Source: an uncultured Desulfovibrionales bacterium
GTDB lineage: Bacteria; Desulfobacterota; Desulfovibrionia; Desulfovibrionales; Desulfomicrobiaceae
Reading direction: 5' to 3'
Assembly: GCA_963542765.1 (NCBI GenBank)
Contig: CAUTYU010000010.1
Span: 442 to 64,441 of the forward strand
DNA: 64,000 nucleotides
Numbering within the stretch: the stretch's first letter is position 1; each line of letters begins with the position of its first letter. The position numbers and the translations under genes were made by a program. The notes beneath the pieces were generated by a model. That model was not told the origin of the DNA, ran no database searches, and worked only from the letters and a program-made list of their open reading frames with translations. Below are positions 35,557 through 45,580 of this stretch, piece after piece.

Positions 35557-35730
35557 AGTTTTGTTTGTTATTTTTTTTGAGGAGAATGTATTTTGTCAGT
35601 CCCGCTAAGAGTCCGGCAATACTTCCTAAAATAAATGTTGAGAGGGCGGGCATTCTAAACCAACCGGCAATGAGTCCGAAAGATGAGCCGAGAAAAAGCC
35701 CTTTTAAAATTATAAGGCTGTTATTGTTCA
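35557..35730 (-). CDS. possible 57-aa two-TM membrane peptide (below the ORF-track cutoff)
   Basis: My translation is MNNNSLIILKGLFLGSSFGLIAGWFRMPALSTFILGSIAGLLAGLTKYILLKKNNKQN*. Against it, there is no clear SD and the ATG abuts the ald terminator T-run. Confidence 0.3.
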
Positions 35731-35732
35731 TA

Positions 35733-35769
35733 AAAAAGAAAAAGGTCGACCCTTGCGAGTCGACCTTTT
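35733..35769 (-). terminator. rho-independent terminator after ald
   Basis: Perfect 11-bp stem aaaaggtcgac / gtcgacctttt with an 8-nt loop, followed by a T-run on the minus strand. Confidence 0.7.
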
Positions 35770-35784
35770 AAAAATCATAATAAA

Positions 35785-36900
35785 CTACAGAACATCATCA
35801 GCAGGAACAAAAGGCAGACCGAAAGCATCGGAAACGCCTTTGAAGGTAATTTTACCCTGAGCAATGTTTAATCCGGCTTTCAGACCGGCATCGTCCTTAC
35901 ACGCTTTCTTCCAGCCTTTATCAGCCAAGTTGAGGGCGTATGGCAAAGTTGCATTTGTAAGAGCCATGGTGGAAGTCAATGCGGCTGCACCCGGCATATT
36001 GGTAACACAATAATGCAAGATACCTTCTTCGCGGAAAGTCGGGTTGTCGTGAGTAGTCGGGTGGGAAGATTCAAAGCAACCGCCTTGGTCAATAGCAACA
36101 TCAAGCATAACGGCACTTTTTTTCATCAACGGCAACATATCGCGAGTGATGAGTTTCGGAGCTTTTGCACCCGGAATCAAAACGGAACCGATAACGATAT
36201 CGGCTTTTTTGACCAATTCACGCAAAGTGGCATCGGTAGAGTAGAGCATCGTACAGTTGCTCGGCATAATTTCGTCAAGGTAACGCAGGCGGTCAAGCAT
36301 AACATCGGTAACATAAACCTGTGCTCCCATACCGGCGAGGATTTTGGCGGAATTGGTTCCGACCATACCACCGCCGACAACCAATGCAACAGCCGGAGCA
36401 ACGCCGGTAACACCAGGAACAATCATTCCAGGACCGCCGTTTGTTTTCAGCAACAAATTGGCGGCAACGATAGCGGACATACGACCGGCAACTTCACTCA
36501 TCGGAGTGAGCAACGGTTTGCTGCGACCGTCGCGACCGAGAACTGTTTCATAGGCGATACCGACTGCTTGAGACTTAATGAAAGCATCGGTTAATTCTTT
36601 TTCAGCGGCAAAGTGAAAATAGGTAAAAACGAGTTGATCTTTGCGAATCATACCGTATTCTTGCGGCATAGGTTCTTTAACGTGCATAACCATTTCGCAG
36701 CGGTCATAAATTTCTTTTGGAGAGGCAATAATGTCCGCACCGGCATCTTTGTATTGCTGGTCGGTGAAACCGGTACCAAGTCCGGCATCTTTTTCAACCA
36801 AAACGGTGTGTCCGTGCTTTTTCATTTCTGCAACACCGGTTGGTGTCATGGCAACACGGTGTTCCTGCTCCTTTACTTCTTTAAGAATTCCAACATTCAT
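35785..36900 (-). CDS. ald: alanine dehydrogenase
   Basis: Start chosen at MNVGILKEVKEQEHRVAMTP (SD gagga 5 nt upstream). The NAD-binding motif is VVGGGMVG. Typical Ald sequence throughout. Confidence 0.9.
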   Translation of the reverse strand: MNVGILKEVKEQEHRVAMTPTGVAEMKKHGHTVLVEKDAGLGTGFTDQQYKDAGADIIASPKEIYDRCEMVMHVKEPMPQEYGMIRKDQLVFTYFHFAAEKELTDAFIKSQAVGIAYETVLGRDGRSKPLLTPMSEVAGRMSAIVAANLLLKTNGGPGMIVPGVTGVAPAVALVVGGGMVGTNSAKILAGMGAQVYVTDVMLDRLRYLDEIMPSNCTMLYSTDATLRELVKKADIVIGSVLIPGAKAPKLITRDMLPLMKKSAVMLDVAIDQGGCFESSHPTTHDNPTFREEGILHYCVTNMPGAAALTSTMALTNATLPYALNLADKGWKKACKDDAGLKAGLNIAQGKITFKGVSDAFGLPFVPADDVL

Positions 36901-36934
36901 GTTCATCCTCACTTTGAAAAAAGATTATAAAAAA

Positions 36935-36958
36935 TTGAATCTTTTATGAAAGATTCAA
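36935..36958. promoter_or_regulatory. perfect 10-bp inverted repeat TTGAATCTTT-TATG-AAAGATTCAA upstream of ald
   Basis: Direct reading. It lies 35-58 nt upstream of the ald ATG. Confidence 0.3.
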
Positions 36959-37069
36959 ACACGCCTATTCAGATAAATGTTTATTTGTTTTTTGTCTATA
37001 TTTTAATTGAAAAAAAATAATATTTCTTATGAAAAATATTTCTGTTTGTAATATAGCGATTTTATAGAC

Positions 37070-37819
37070 TTATAAGCCGAGTTGAGCCAGCAAGTCGTCA
37101 ACATCGTTTTGTGAGCTGTCTAGTTGTGGACCTTTTAGTTCCGAAACCACCTTTTCGCTTTCTTTGAGGATTTCTTTGACTTCTTTTTTGGGATTTTTGT
37201 CATAGGCTTTCATACTCAGTCCTGTTGACATATAGAGATCGAAAACGATTGTTTCGACTTTGCGAAGGGCGTTAATGATTTTTTTTACTCGCTGTCCGGT
37301 TAAGTCTTGAAAACTCAGAGTTGTCATTATTGTAATCAGGTCGTTATTTATTTGGTCGTTGGCAGTTATGAGTTGTTCAAGTTCTTTTGATTGTTTGTGG
37401 TCTTCTTTTATTTTTGCCAAAATTCCGGTTACTTCTGCTTGAATATCAAGATTTTTTTCTACCAATTCCATGATTTTAACGGTAGCTGCTTCGGTTGATT
37501 GCAGGATTTCGTCCAGCTGGTCGGAGGCTTCCGAAAAAAGTTTTTTGGCATCTTGTTCTTCAAGCATTGTTTTGTTTTTGTCGGTTGTATCTTGGGTTAC
37601 ACCTTTAATTTCTTTAAAAATATTGCTTAGTCCGCCTCGAAGGTCGCTGCTCATTGTTTTGTAAAATTCGCTTTCCATAATCGGTTGCATCAAAAACATT
37701 CGCAGTTCTTCTTTAAGTTCGTCGTCGATATTGGGAACAACTTTGCTTAAAGAGGCTAAAAGTTGGTTGAGCAGGTCATCAACAAGATAATCTTTAGTTT
37801 TGTTTGTATCGTTTGACAT
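37070..37819 (-). CDS. CheZ-like protein phosphatase
   Basis: 249 aa, helical, with LSFQDLTGQRVKKII, which matches the CheZ active-site motif FQDLTGQ. Confidence 0.7.
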   Translation of the reverse strand: MSNDTNKTKDYLVDDLLNQLLASLSKVVPNIDDELKEELRMFLMQPIMESEFYKTMSSDLRGGLSNIFKEIKGVTQDTTDKNKTMLEEQDAKKLFSEASDQLDEILQSTEAATVKIMELVEKNLDIQAEVTGILAKIKEDHKQSKELEQLITANDQINNDLITIMTTLSFQDLTGQRVKKIINALRKVETIVFDLYMSTGLSMKAYDKNPKKEVKEILKESEKVVSELKGPQLDSSQNDVDDLLAQLGL

Positions 37820-37852
37820 ATTTTTCTCTTTTTTGGTTAAAATTGTCTTGGA

Positions 37853-38371
37853 TTATAAAGTATTTTTTTGACGTATTTCTTCTCGTTGTTCATAGAACAC
37901 ATATTGTATAATCGCTTCTCGGTCACTATTGCGAATGTTGGTAAATTGGGCGACCCATTCCGACGGGTTGTCGATTTGGTCTTGGCGAATCACTTGACAA
38001 ATTGCTCCAATTGTTTTGAGCGGTAAATGGTTTAAAACAAGAGCAAGTTCCAAATATTCATTTTCGGTAAATGTTTCTTTGGTAGTAAATTTAATTCCCG
38101 CCGCACTGAGTTCCGTTACTTCAATTTCAAAAGGAAAGTCTGTTGCCAATTCTTGTTTATTAAGCAAACTGACAATAGTATCCAGTTTTTCGTCCAGATT
38201 TTTGAGAAAAGTTAACAGTTCATCCGGAATTCCTCGAACTTTGTCCATTCGCAATAAGTTTTGAGGCGAACCGCTGCTGAAAATAGGAATATCTTTTGCC
38301 GATTTCGCCTGACGAAGATAACCTTGTATTCTCGTTTTGGCTCGGGTAAATTTTCTGTTTTTGTCGTTCAT
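37853..38371 (-). CDS. PilZ domain protein
   Basis: 172 aa. RKFTRAKTR (RxxxR) and VTELSAAGIKF (DxSxxG-like) are PilZ c-di-GMP-binding motifs. Confidence 0.65.
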   Translation of the reverse strand: MNDKNRKFTRAKTRIQGYLRQAKSAKDIPIFSSGSPQNLLRMDKVRGIPDELLTFLKNLDEKLDTIVSLLNKQELATDFPFEIEVTELSAAGIKFTTKETFTENEYLELALVLNHLPLKTIGAICQVIRQDQIDNPSEWVAQFTNIRNSDREAIIQYVFYEQREEIRQKNTL

Positions 38372-38383
38372 TTTTATGCTGTT

Positions 38384-39292
38384 TTATTTCGGATTTTTCA
38401 AAAAGGTTTTTGCCCGTGTCGCTTCAAAGGATTCCGGAAGTTGTTTAATAAGGTCATTTAAAACAATTGTGCCTGCTTCTTTTTTGCCAAGTTTAAAAAA
38501 GGAAATTCCTTGTTTGAGAAGAGCTGGAGCGTATTTGTTGGATTTTTTGTATTTGCTTATAACCTGTTGGTATGAAAGCACGGCTTGAGCATAATTCTGT
38601 TGTTGATAGGCAGCTTCTCCGTGCCAAAAATATGCATTCGGTGTAAGCTGATTGTTAGGAAAAGATGTTGTAAATTCACCCCACATATTTTGTGCTTTGG
38701 CGTATTCTTTGGCGTAAAAAGCTTCTAAGGCTTTTTTGTAAAGAGTTTGGGCTGAAGTATATTGTGTTTCTTCGTCTTTATCGGGTATAGAGGTTTCAAT
38801 CGGAGGCACGGTTGGTTTGCCGGCAATTTGTTTTGGAGTTTTGGTTGCTCCCGATTGTATATCGGTTTGTTCCACGCCAAGTTGACTGGATATTTGTTGT
38901 AATTTGCGACTGAGTTCTTTTTCTCTGGTTGTTAAGCGTTTGATTTCTTTTGTTTCATTTGCAGAAGCTTGTTCTTGCAGTTCGGCTCGTTTGTTGATTT
39001 CTTCCAGTTCGCCTTGCACTTTAGCAAGTTGTGTTCGCAAAGAACGAACTTCTTCCGAAATATTGGCTTGATTAAAACGAACCGGTTGATTGGACTGGGA
39101 AATTTCTTCACGTAAAGAGGTATCGGTTTGTCCGAGTTTTTCTTCAAGCTCATTGATTTTCTTTTCCATAACTAGGCGTTGTTGTTGTTCAACATTGAGT
39201 TGATAGCTCAGCATTTCCATTTCTTTTTTATTGTTTGCCATACAGCCAGTTAGGAGTAACGCTAACGCAATCAGAATACAGAATCTTTTCAT
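38384..39292 (-). CDS. cpoB: Tol-Pal system protein CpoB/YbgF-like (lipoprotein signal, coiled coil, C-terminal TPR)
   Basis: 302 aa. It has a lipobox LLLTGC, a long coiled coil, and a C-terminal TPR region with YxxA..........A...F..F...YP.S....A.YW.G pattern. Confidence 0.7.
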   Translation of the reverse strand: MKRFCILIALALLLTGCMANNKKEMEMLSYQLNVEQQQRLVMEKKINELEEKLGQTDTSLREEISQSNQPVRFNQANISEEVRSLRTQLAKVQGELEEINKRAELQEQASANETKEIKRLTTREKELSRKLQQISSQLGVEQTDIQSGATKTPKQIAGKPTVPPIETSIPDKDEETQYTSAQTLYKKALEAFYAKEYAKAQNMWGEFTTSFPNNQLTPNAYFWHGEAAYQQQNYAQAVLSYQQVISKYKKSNKYAPALLKQGISFFKLGKKEAGTIVLNDLIKQLPESFEATRAKTFLKNPK

Positions 39293-39537
39293 TTTTCAGT
39301 CCTTTGGTTTGTTTGTTCTACAGTGTAAGGTAGAATCCTTTTTTTGCCAATAAAGATATAGGCAATTCCTCCCAAAATTGGCAAAAAAATGCAAGCTCCA
39401 ATCCAGCCCATTTTTTCTTGTCCAGTTGGGAAATCATTTCTAAAAATATGCCAAATCCCCCACAGATTTGGCAAAATAGGAATAAGAAAGATAAAACCTA
39501 AAAGCAATGTTTTTTGTATATCGAAAGTAAAAAGCAT
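39289..39537 (-). CDS. PLDc_N-domain small membrane protein
   Basis: 82 aa. LWGIWHIFRNDF......KMGWIGACIFLPILGGIAYIFIGKK matches the PLD-nuclease N-terminal (PF13396) pattern. Confidence 0.6.
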   Translation of the reverse strand: MLFTFDIQKTLLLGFIFLIPILPNLWGIWHIFRNDFPTGQEKMGWIGACIFLPILGGIAYIFIGKKRILPYTVEQTNQRTEK

Positions 39538-39543
39538 AGTTTT

Positions 39544-40302
39544 TTATTTTAATTCGTTTTTGTTTTTTATGAAAATAAGCCACACACCAATTATAAATGC
39601 CGTGATACTGACCGCCTGTGTCGCACTAATCGGTCCTAAAGAGCCTCTGTAATCGGCACGAAATAGTTCAATCGTAAATCTGCTTATGGCAAATATCATT
39701 AAAAAAAGTCCCATAAGCTGCCCGTCGCCTTGTAATTTTTTTTTGGCAAGGAGTAAAATAAAAAATGTCAACCACGCAGCCAAGATATGGTAAATTTGTG
39801 TTGGATGTAAAGCCATATGTAACGGTGCCAAGCTGTTGGGGTTATGAAAAGTTATTGCCCAAGGCAGGTTGCAGGACTTGCCGTAGCAACAGCCGGCAGC
39901 CAAACAACCCATTCTGCCGATTCCCTGTCCTAGAGCAAGAGCAGGAGCAAAGACATTGAGCCACGAACGGAATTTTTCTTTTTTTTGTCGAAAAAAGTAT
40001 ACTCCCGTTAGTATGCCAGCAATTGCTCCGCCGGAAAAAACAAGACCGCCTTGCCAAAACATAAGGATTTCTTTGGGATTTGTCCAAAAATAGTGTATAT
40101 TTATCAGGATATAAAAAAGTCTTGCACCGAGAATGGAAAATAGCAAAATATAAAAAGCAGCATCCGCAACAAGTTTGTCATCGAGTCCATAGGTTCGGGC
40201 ATCGTATGTTGCCCGACTGATTCCTGCTAAAAATGCGGCGGCAATGAAAAAACCGTAAGCATAAATAGTAAAAGGTCCGATTTCAAAAAGAACGGGGTGC
40301 AT
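39544..40302 (-). CDS. lgt: prolipoprotein diacylglyceryl transferase
   Basis: 252 aa. FTIYAYGFFIAAAF, GARLFY, GGLVFSGG, GRMGCLAAGCCYG and HPTQIY are typical of Lgt. Confidence 0.9.
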   Translation of the reverse strand: MHPVLFEIGPFTIYAYGFFIAAAFLAGISRATYDARTYGLDDKLVADAAFYILLFSILGARLFYILINIHYFWTNPKEILMFWQGGLVFSGGAIAGILTGVYFFRQKKEKFRSWLNVFAPALALGQGIGRMGCLAAGCCYGKSCNLPWAITFHNPNSLAPLHMALHPTQIYHILAAWLTFFILLLAKKKLQGDGQLMGLFLMIFAISRFTIELFRADYRGSLGPISATQAVSITAFIIGVWLIFIKNKNELK

Positions 40303-40774
40303 GTTTTTTCCTTTGGTACATGGTTACAAGCAGGCATAGCACGCCGGTACAAATTGCCATATCTGCAATATTAAATGCCGGCCAGTGATGATTGTTAATG
40401 TAAAAGTCTAAAAAATCAACAACCGCACCGAGATAAATGCGATCAATCATATTGCCGGTTGCTCCGCCGAGCAGCAAGCCCAAACCAATGCGGCTGAGTT
40501 TGTCTGAATAATTTTCGCTACGGGCGAGATAAAAAATTAACACGATGGCAACCGCCGTTGCGGTTAGAAAAAAAAGAGGTTGCCAGTCAAAATCGTTGCG
40601 ATTTAAAAAACCGAATGCCGCACCTTTATTGGTAAAAAATACAAGGTTGAAAAATCCCGGAATAATATTTTCGCTGTCCCAAAGGGCGAGTTTTTGTTGT
40701 ACAAAATATTTTGTCAGTTGGTCAAAAGCAACAATAATGGCAGCAATTGTTGTTAATAAAGTATATTTTTTCAT
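40283..40774 (-). CDS. lspA: lipoprotein signal peptidase II
   Basis: 163 aa. [22 protein letters not shown] and VVDFLDF....WPAFNIAD are the LspA signatures. Confidence 0.9.
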   Translation of the reverse strand: MKKYTLLTTIAAIIVAFDQLTKYFVQQKLALWDSENIIPGFFNLVFFTNKGAAFGFLNRNDFDWQPLFFLTATAVAIVLIFYLARSENYSDKLSRIGLGLLLGGATGNMIDRIYLGAVVDFLDFYINNHHWPAFNIADMAICTGVLCLLVTMYQRKKHAPRSF

Positions 40775-43584
40775 TTATTTTCCATTACCTTTGTACATCT
40801 GGGACAAATATCTGTATATTGTACATTGGTTCCTATTTCTTCACTATAACTCCAGCAGCGAGCACATTTTTCTCCTGCGGCTCGTTCTACATGAATTTTT
40901 ACTTCCGTTTGTAAAACATTTGTCGATATCGCATCTTTGTCTGCTTCTTCAAATAGTCGTAAACTAACTTTGGAAACAATAAATATAAATCGCAAATCAT
41001 CGGCAAGTGGTTGCAGCATCAGTAAAATTTCTTTTGAAACAAAAAGAATAATATGACTGTCAAGTGAATGCCCTAGTGTTCCAGATTGGCGAGCAGGTTC
41101 AATTGCTTTGGTTACTTCTTGCCGTAATTCTGAAATATATTGCCATCTTTCTTCTTCTTTTGGTAAAAGTTGAATCTCTGTTGCAATCTGTAATGGTTCG
41201 GCAAAAATTGTTTTTGCAGTTTTTTTGTATGTAGTTGGAAAATATTGAAAAACTTCTTCGGCGGTAAAACTTAAAATCGGAGCCATATTAAAGGTCAAAA
41301 CATTGAGAATTTGCCATAAAACAGTTTGAGCACTACGGCGTTCTTTGCTGTTTGCTTTGTTGGTATAAAGTCTATCTTTGACAATATCCAAATAAAACGA
41401 ACTTAAATCCGTTACACAAAGATTATATAGATCCTGATAAATTTTGTGAAAGGCAAAATCTTCGTAGTAACTTTGTGTTTTTGCATGCCATTTTGCCATA
41501 TAGTGCATCATATATCTGTCTAAACTTAGCATTTCTTCGATTTTTACGCAGTCAGTTGTCGGGTCAAAATCGTTCAGGTTGCCGAGCAAAAAGCGACAGG
41601 TATTGCGAATTCGGCGGTAGGCGTCCACGAGTCGTTTGATGATTTCATCGGAAATCCGCAGGTCTTCTTGATAGTTTTCCGAAGAAACCCACAGCCGTAA
41701 AATTTCCGCTCCGTGTTTGTCGATAAGTTGTTGCGGTGCAATGACATTTCCCAGAGATTTTGACATTTTGCGACCCTGTCCGTCCAAGACGAAACCGTGT
41801 GTTAAAACTGATTTGTAGGGCGGAGTTTTGCGTGTTCCGACGGCGGATAAAAGTGAACTTTGGAACCAGCCGCGATGCTGGTCAGTTCCTTCCAGATACA
41901 AATCCGCCGGACAGCAGCAATCTTTTCGTTTTTCCAAAACGGCGGCAAAACTGGTGCCGGAGTCAAACCAGACATCTAAAATATCTTTTTCTTTTTCCCA
42001 GTTTCGGGCGTTGCAGTTCGGACAATGCAGATCGTGGGGAACGATTTCGTTTAAATCGGCTTCAAACCAATAATTCGCTCCGGTCGGGTGTTTGGCAAAT
42101 CTGTCGGCAATCTCGTGTGCCCATTCGGAGGAAAACCATGCTTGTCCGCAATCTTTGCAAAGTAGGGCGAGAATCGGAACACCCCACATCCTTTGACGGG
42201 AAATACACCAATCAGGGCGGTTGAGAACCATATTGTAGATGCGGTCTCTGCCCCATGACGGAATCCAGCGAACGGATTTTTCTATGGCGGTAAGGCAGTT
42301 TTTTCGTAAATCGGCGGCTTCCATAGAAATAAACCATTGTGTTGTTGCCCGAAAAATAACCGGTTTTTTGCACCGCCAGCAATGTGGATAGGAGTGAGAA
42401 ATATTTTCTTGTCCCATTAAATGTTTGTTTTCTTTGAGTTTTTCGATAACAAGGGCATTTGTCTCAAATACATTTTTGCCTGCAAAAAATTCGACACTCG
42501 GTAAAAAACGGGCTTTATCATTAAGCGGAGACAAAATTTCTAGTCCGTATCGCAGCCCGGTTTCGTAATCTTCCCGTCCGTGTCCGGGAGCGGTGTGTAC
42601 GCAGCCTGTTCCAGCGTCAAGCGTAACATAATTTGCCAAAACAATAGGCGACGGTCGGTCGTAAAACGGATGTCTGGCAACTGCACCTTCGAGTTGCGTT
42701 CCTGCAAATGAGACAATAATTTCCTTTTCTTCCCAATGAAAACGTTTCGCACAGGAAGCAAGCAGTTCTTGGGCAACTATATAATATTCTTCTTTTTCTT
42801 TTACTAAGACGTATGTGAATTCTGGATGAACTGCAATTGCCATATTATCAGGTATTGTCCACGGTGTTGTTGTCCAAATAATAATATAAGTTGGCTTGTC
42901 TTGCGGCAGTTTTGAAGCAATATTTTTTGCATCTGTAATTGGAAAACGAACAAAGATAGATGGTGAAGTATGGTCTCCGTATTCCACTTCGGCTTCAGCA
43001 AGAGCCGTTTCGCAGGAAGCACACCAGTAAATCGGTTTTTTGTTGCGTTGTACAGAGTTGTTTTGCATAAAATTTGCTAGTTCGTGAGCGGTTGCCGCTT
43101 CGTATTGCGGAGTCATTGTAATGTATGGATCTTCCCAATTTCCCAAAACACCAAGTCGTTTAAATTCTTCACGTTGAATATCCAGCCATTTGAGGGCATA
43201 TTCACGGCAGCGTTTGCGGATTTCCAAAACGCCCAAATTATCTTTGCTTTCTTTCGATTCCTGTTCGACTTTGTATTCGATAGGCAATCCGTGGCAATCC
43301 CAGCCCGGAACATACGTGGCTTTTTTGCCGCTCAAATTGCGGTGCTTGATGACAATATCTTTTAAAATTTTGTTGAGTGCCGTTCCAAGATGAATGTTGG
43401 CATTGGCGTATGGAGGTCCGTCGTGTAAGGTGTAGCTTGGGGCGTTTTCATTTTTTTCGATCATTGCCTTATAAGCGTTTTCTTTTTGCCAGTGTTGCAG
43501 AATTTTGGGTTCGTTTTGGGTTAGGTTGGCTCGCATAGGAAAATCGGTTTGCGGCAGATTGAGAGTGTTTTTGTAGTCGCTCAT
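40771..43584 (-). CDS. ileS: isoleucyl-tRNA synthetase
   Basis: 937 aa. The HIGH-type motif is [12 protein letters not shown] and the KMSKS motif is present. C-terminal zinc-binding cysteines (CARCW ... CPRC). Confidence 0.95.
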   Translation of the reverse strand: MSDYKNTLNLPQTDFPMRANLTQNEPKILQHWQKENAYKAMIEKNENAPSYTLHDGPPYANANIHLGTALNKILKDIVIKHRNLSGKKATYVPGWDCHGLPIEYKVEQESKESKDNLGVLEIRKRCREYALKWLDIQREEFKRLGVLGNWEDPYITMTPQYEAATAHELANFMQNNSVQRNKKPIYWCASCETALAEAEVEYGDHTSPSIFVRFPITDAKNIASKLPQDKPTYIIIWTTTPWTIPDNMAIAVHPEFTYVLVKEKEEYYIVAQELLASCAKRFHWEEKEIIVSFAGTQLEGAVARHPFYDRPSPIVLANYVTLDAGTGCVHTAPGHGREDYETGLRYGLEILSPLNDKARFLPSVEFFAGKNVFETNALVIEKLKENKHLMGQENISHSYPHCWRCKKPVIFRATTQWFISMEAADLRKNCLTAIEKSVRWIPSWGRDRIYNMVLNRPDWCISRQRMWGVPILALLCKDCGQAWFSSEWAHEIADRFAKHPTGANYWFEADLNEIVPHDLHCPNCNARNWEKEKDILDVWFDSGTSFAAVLEKRKDCCCPADLYLEGTDQHRGWFQSSLLSAVGTRKTPPYKSVLTHGFVLDGQGRKMSKSLGNVIAPQQLIDKHGAEILRLWVSSENYQEDLRISDEIIKRLVDAYRRIRNTCRFLLGNLNDFDPTTDCVKIEEMLSLDRYMMHYMAKWHAKTQSYYEDFAFHKIYQDLYNLCVTDLSSFYLDIVKDRLYTNKANSKERRSAQTVLWQILNVLTFNMAPILSFTAEEVFQYFPTTYKKTAKTIFAEPLQIATEIQLLPKEEERWQYISELRQEVTKAIEPARQSGTLGHSLDSHIILFVSKEILLMLQPLADDLRFIFIVSKVSLRLFEEADKDAISTNVLQTEVKIHVERAAGEKCARCWSYSEEIGTNVQYTDICPRCTKVMENK

Positions 43585-43698
43585 TATTTTTTGTTCCTCC
43601 GTTATTTGTGGAAGTGGTAAAAGTGAAGGAGATAGCCCTTTAAGTCAAGAAAATTGTATTAGTGTAAATAATTTAATCGGTAAAAATGGTTAAATTTT

Positions 43699-44670
43699 TT
43701 ATTTTGTGTTTTTGAGAATCCAGACAAAATTATATAATTCCTTTTGATTTTGAGACAGTATTTCTGTTGCCTGCTCGGTGTCGGCGTGGATTTGGTTTTT
43801 TAGCTCATCAAGTGAGTTGAATTTTTTTTCGGTTCGCAGGTTTTGTACAAAATGTACTCGAAGTTGTTTGTCGTATAAGTTATCGGAAAAATTCATAATA
43901 TGTACTTCAACGCTCAGTACATCGTTGCCGAAAGTGGGATTAAAACCGATATTTGCCACTGCCGGCATAACGGTATTTTTATATTCCGCAAATACGGCGT
44001 ATACGCCGGGAAGTGGGAATAATTCGTCCGTCAGGCAAAGATTTGCCGTGGGATAACCGAGTAGACGACCGCCTCTGTTTTGTCCGTGAACGACCTTGCC
44101 TTCCACTCGATAAAATCGTCCCAGCAAATGCCGGGCTTCAAAAACCTGTCCGTTTTCAATCATTTTGCGAATGCGGGTAGAGCTGATTGTTGCTCCGTGT
44201 AGATTAAGAGCCTCGGATTGGCTGATACTGTAATTGTATTTTTTACCGAGTTCTTGCAAGGTTTGAAAATTGCCGCTTCTGTTTTTTCCGAAAGCATAAT
44301 CGTAGCCTACAATTAAATGGCGAATATGCAGAGCATCTACTAAATAGATTTTGACAAATTCTTCGGGGGTTAAAGTTGCCATTTGCCAAGTAAAAGGAAT
44401 GCAAAATGTTGTGGATATGCCTGTGTCTTCAAGCAGTTCAAGTTTTTGTTGAAGAAGTGTAATAAACGGCGGTTTTTTTTGCCCTGTTAAAAGTCTTTGA
44501 GGGTGGGGGTGGAATGTTACAGCAATACTTTGTAAATTGTTTTTTTGTGAATGTTGTATTACTTGCTTGAGGATATGCTGATGACCTTTATGTACTCCAT
44601 CAAAATTGCCGATTGTTACACAAGAATTTTTGTGCATATCAATATCTTCAAGAGATTTAAAAATCTGCAC
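43699..44670 (-). CDS. ribF: bifunctional riboflavin kinase / FMN adenylyltransferase
   Basis: 323 aa. GNFDGVHKGHQ is present, and the C-terminal kinase domain has GRLLGYPTANL and FNPTFG. Confidence 0.9.
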   Translation of the reverse strand: MQIFKSLEDIDMHKNSCVTIGNFDGVHKGHQHILKQVIQHSQKNNLQSIAVTFHPHPQRLLTGQKKPPFITLLQQKLELLEDTGISTTFCIPFTWQMATLTPEEFVKIYLVDALHIRHLIVGYDYAFGKNRSGNFQTLQELGKKYNYSISQSEALNLHGATISSTRIRKMIENGQVFEARHLLGRFYRVEGKVVHGQNRGGRLLGYPTANLCLTDELFPLPGVYAVFAEYKNTVMPAVANIGFNPTFGNDVLSVEVHIMNFSDNLYDKQLRVHFVQNLRTEKKFNSLDELKNQIHADTEQATEILSQNQKELYNFVWILKNTK

Positions 44671-44732
44671 TCATTGTTCTCCTTAATGCAATTTTAAAAT
44701 ATAGAAATAAAATAAAAATATTTATATGAAAA

Positions 44733-44969
44733 TTATTGTTGTTCGTATGCTTTTTTTAGTTGGGCAAGTCGTCTTTCTGCATCTTTTATTTGACTTTTTA
44801 ATGTTTTATCATCTGATTTTTTTTTGAGTTCATACGCATGTATTTGCTTTTGCAGTTCTTTTATTTGTTTCTTTTTTTTGAAGAGACGAATACGCATGGA
44901 ATTGTTGAAATTGCCAATTAAAAAACAGGTAAGTACTGTAAGAGTTAAAAGAGCTATAAGAATTGTCAT
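44733..44969 (-). CDS. hypothetical single-TM coiled-coil protein
   Basis: 78 aa with an N-terminal TM helix and a K/Q-rich coiled coil. An ATGA overlap links it to the upstream ORF. Confidence 0.45.
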   Translation of the reverse strand: MTILIALLTLTVLTCFLIGNFNNSMRIRLFKKKKQIKELQKQIHAYELKKKSDDKTLKSQIKDAERRLAQLKKAYEQQ

Positions 44970-45415
44970 TGTTTTGTTGTTTCCGATTTCGCTTTTTCTA
45001 TTTCTTCTCTACTAAGAAGACCGAGAATTGTAAGAGCGTTTTCAAAATTTATGCCGTTTAGCTTTTGAAAACGTTGCACTTTTATCATTTGGTCTTCGGT
45101 TATATAATTGTTGTCTAGTAAGATTTTTTGTAATTTGAGAACTTCTTCATAGTCGCCACTTTCTTTCTTTTTTTGAATAATGGGAGGACGTCTTTTGAGT
45201 TCGCTGAATTCTTTATTTATTTCGGCGAGTTGAACTTCCAATTCATTTGGTTCTTTTCGTTGTGCTTCAATTTCTTTCAATTTTGCTTGTAAACTTTCAA
45301 TTTTATTATCGTGTTCTTGGGAATGTAATTTGTGTCTTTGGTAGATGAAAGTTCCCAGAGAGAGATTGAGAATTGCAAAAGCAAGAATGAGTAGAGAAAA
45401 AATCATTATATCCAT
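44966..45415 (-). CDS. hypothetical membrane-anchored protein with C-terminal T2SSE_N/MshEN-like domain
   Basis: 149 aa. N-terminal TM helix, coiled coil, then KLQKILLDNNYITEDQMIKVQRFQ....NFENALTILGLLSREEIEKA, which resembles the GspE-N/MshEN fold motif (degenerate). Confidence 0.45.
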   Translation of the reverse strand: MDIMIFSLLILAFAILNLSLGTFIYQRHKLHSQEHDNKIESLQAKLKEIEAQRKEPNELEVQLAEINKEFSELKRRPPIIQKKKESGDYEEVLKLQKILLDNNYITEDQMIKVQRFQKLNGINFENALTILGLLSREEIEKAKSETTKQ

Positions 45416-45580
45416 ATTTATTGCCTCTAATAAAGACTTCTGAACCGTATGCTAAATGACATTTATCGTCAAGATGACAGTCTTTTATGAAAATGACGTA
45501 TGGTATGGATATTACAGAAAAGAACTTGGCAGGCAAAGGCGGGTGTGAATTGTTAAATGTAAAAATATTAAAAAATATGG

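Noticed and set aside
35481-35771. 96-aa plus-strand ORF between mtaB and ald
   Set aside because: It overlaps the mtaB start and the ald terminator hairpin and has odd composition. The opposite strand gives a more plausible, though still weak, small membrane ORF.
36013-36594. 193-aa plus-strand ORF opposite ald, and similar antisense ORFs opposite the MBL gene (47224..47835), gmk (31979..32398) and ileS
   Set aside because: All are antisense to genes with unambiguous family signatures. Their compositions are atypical.
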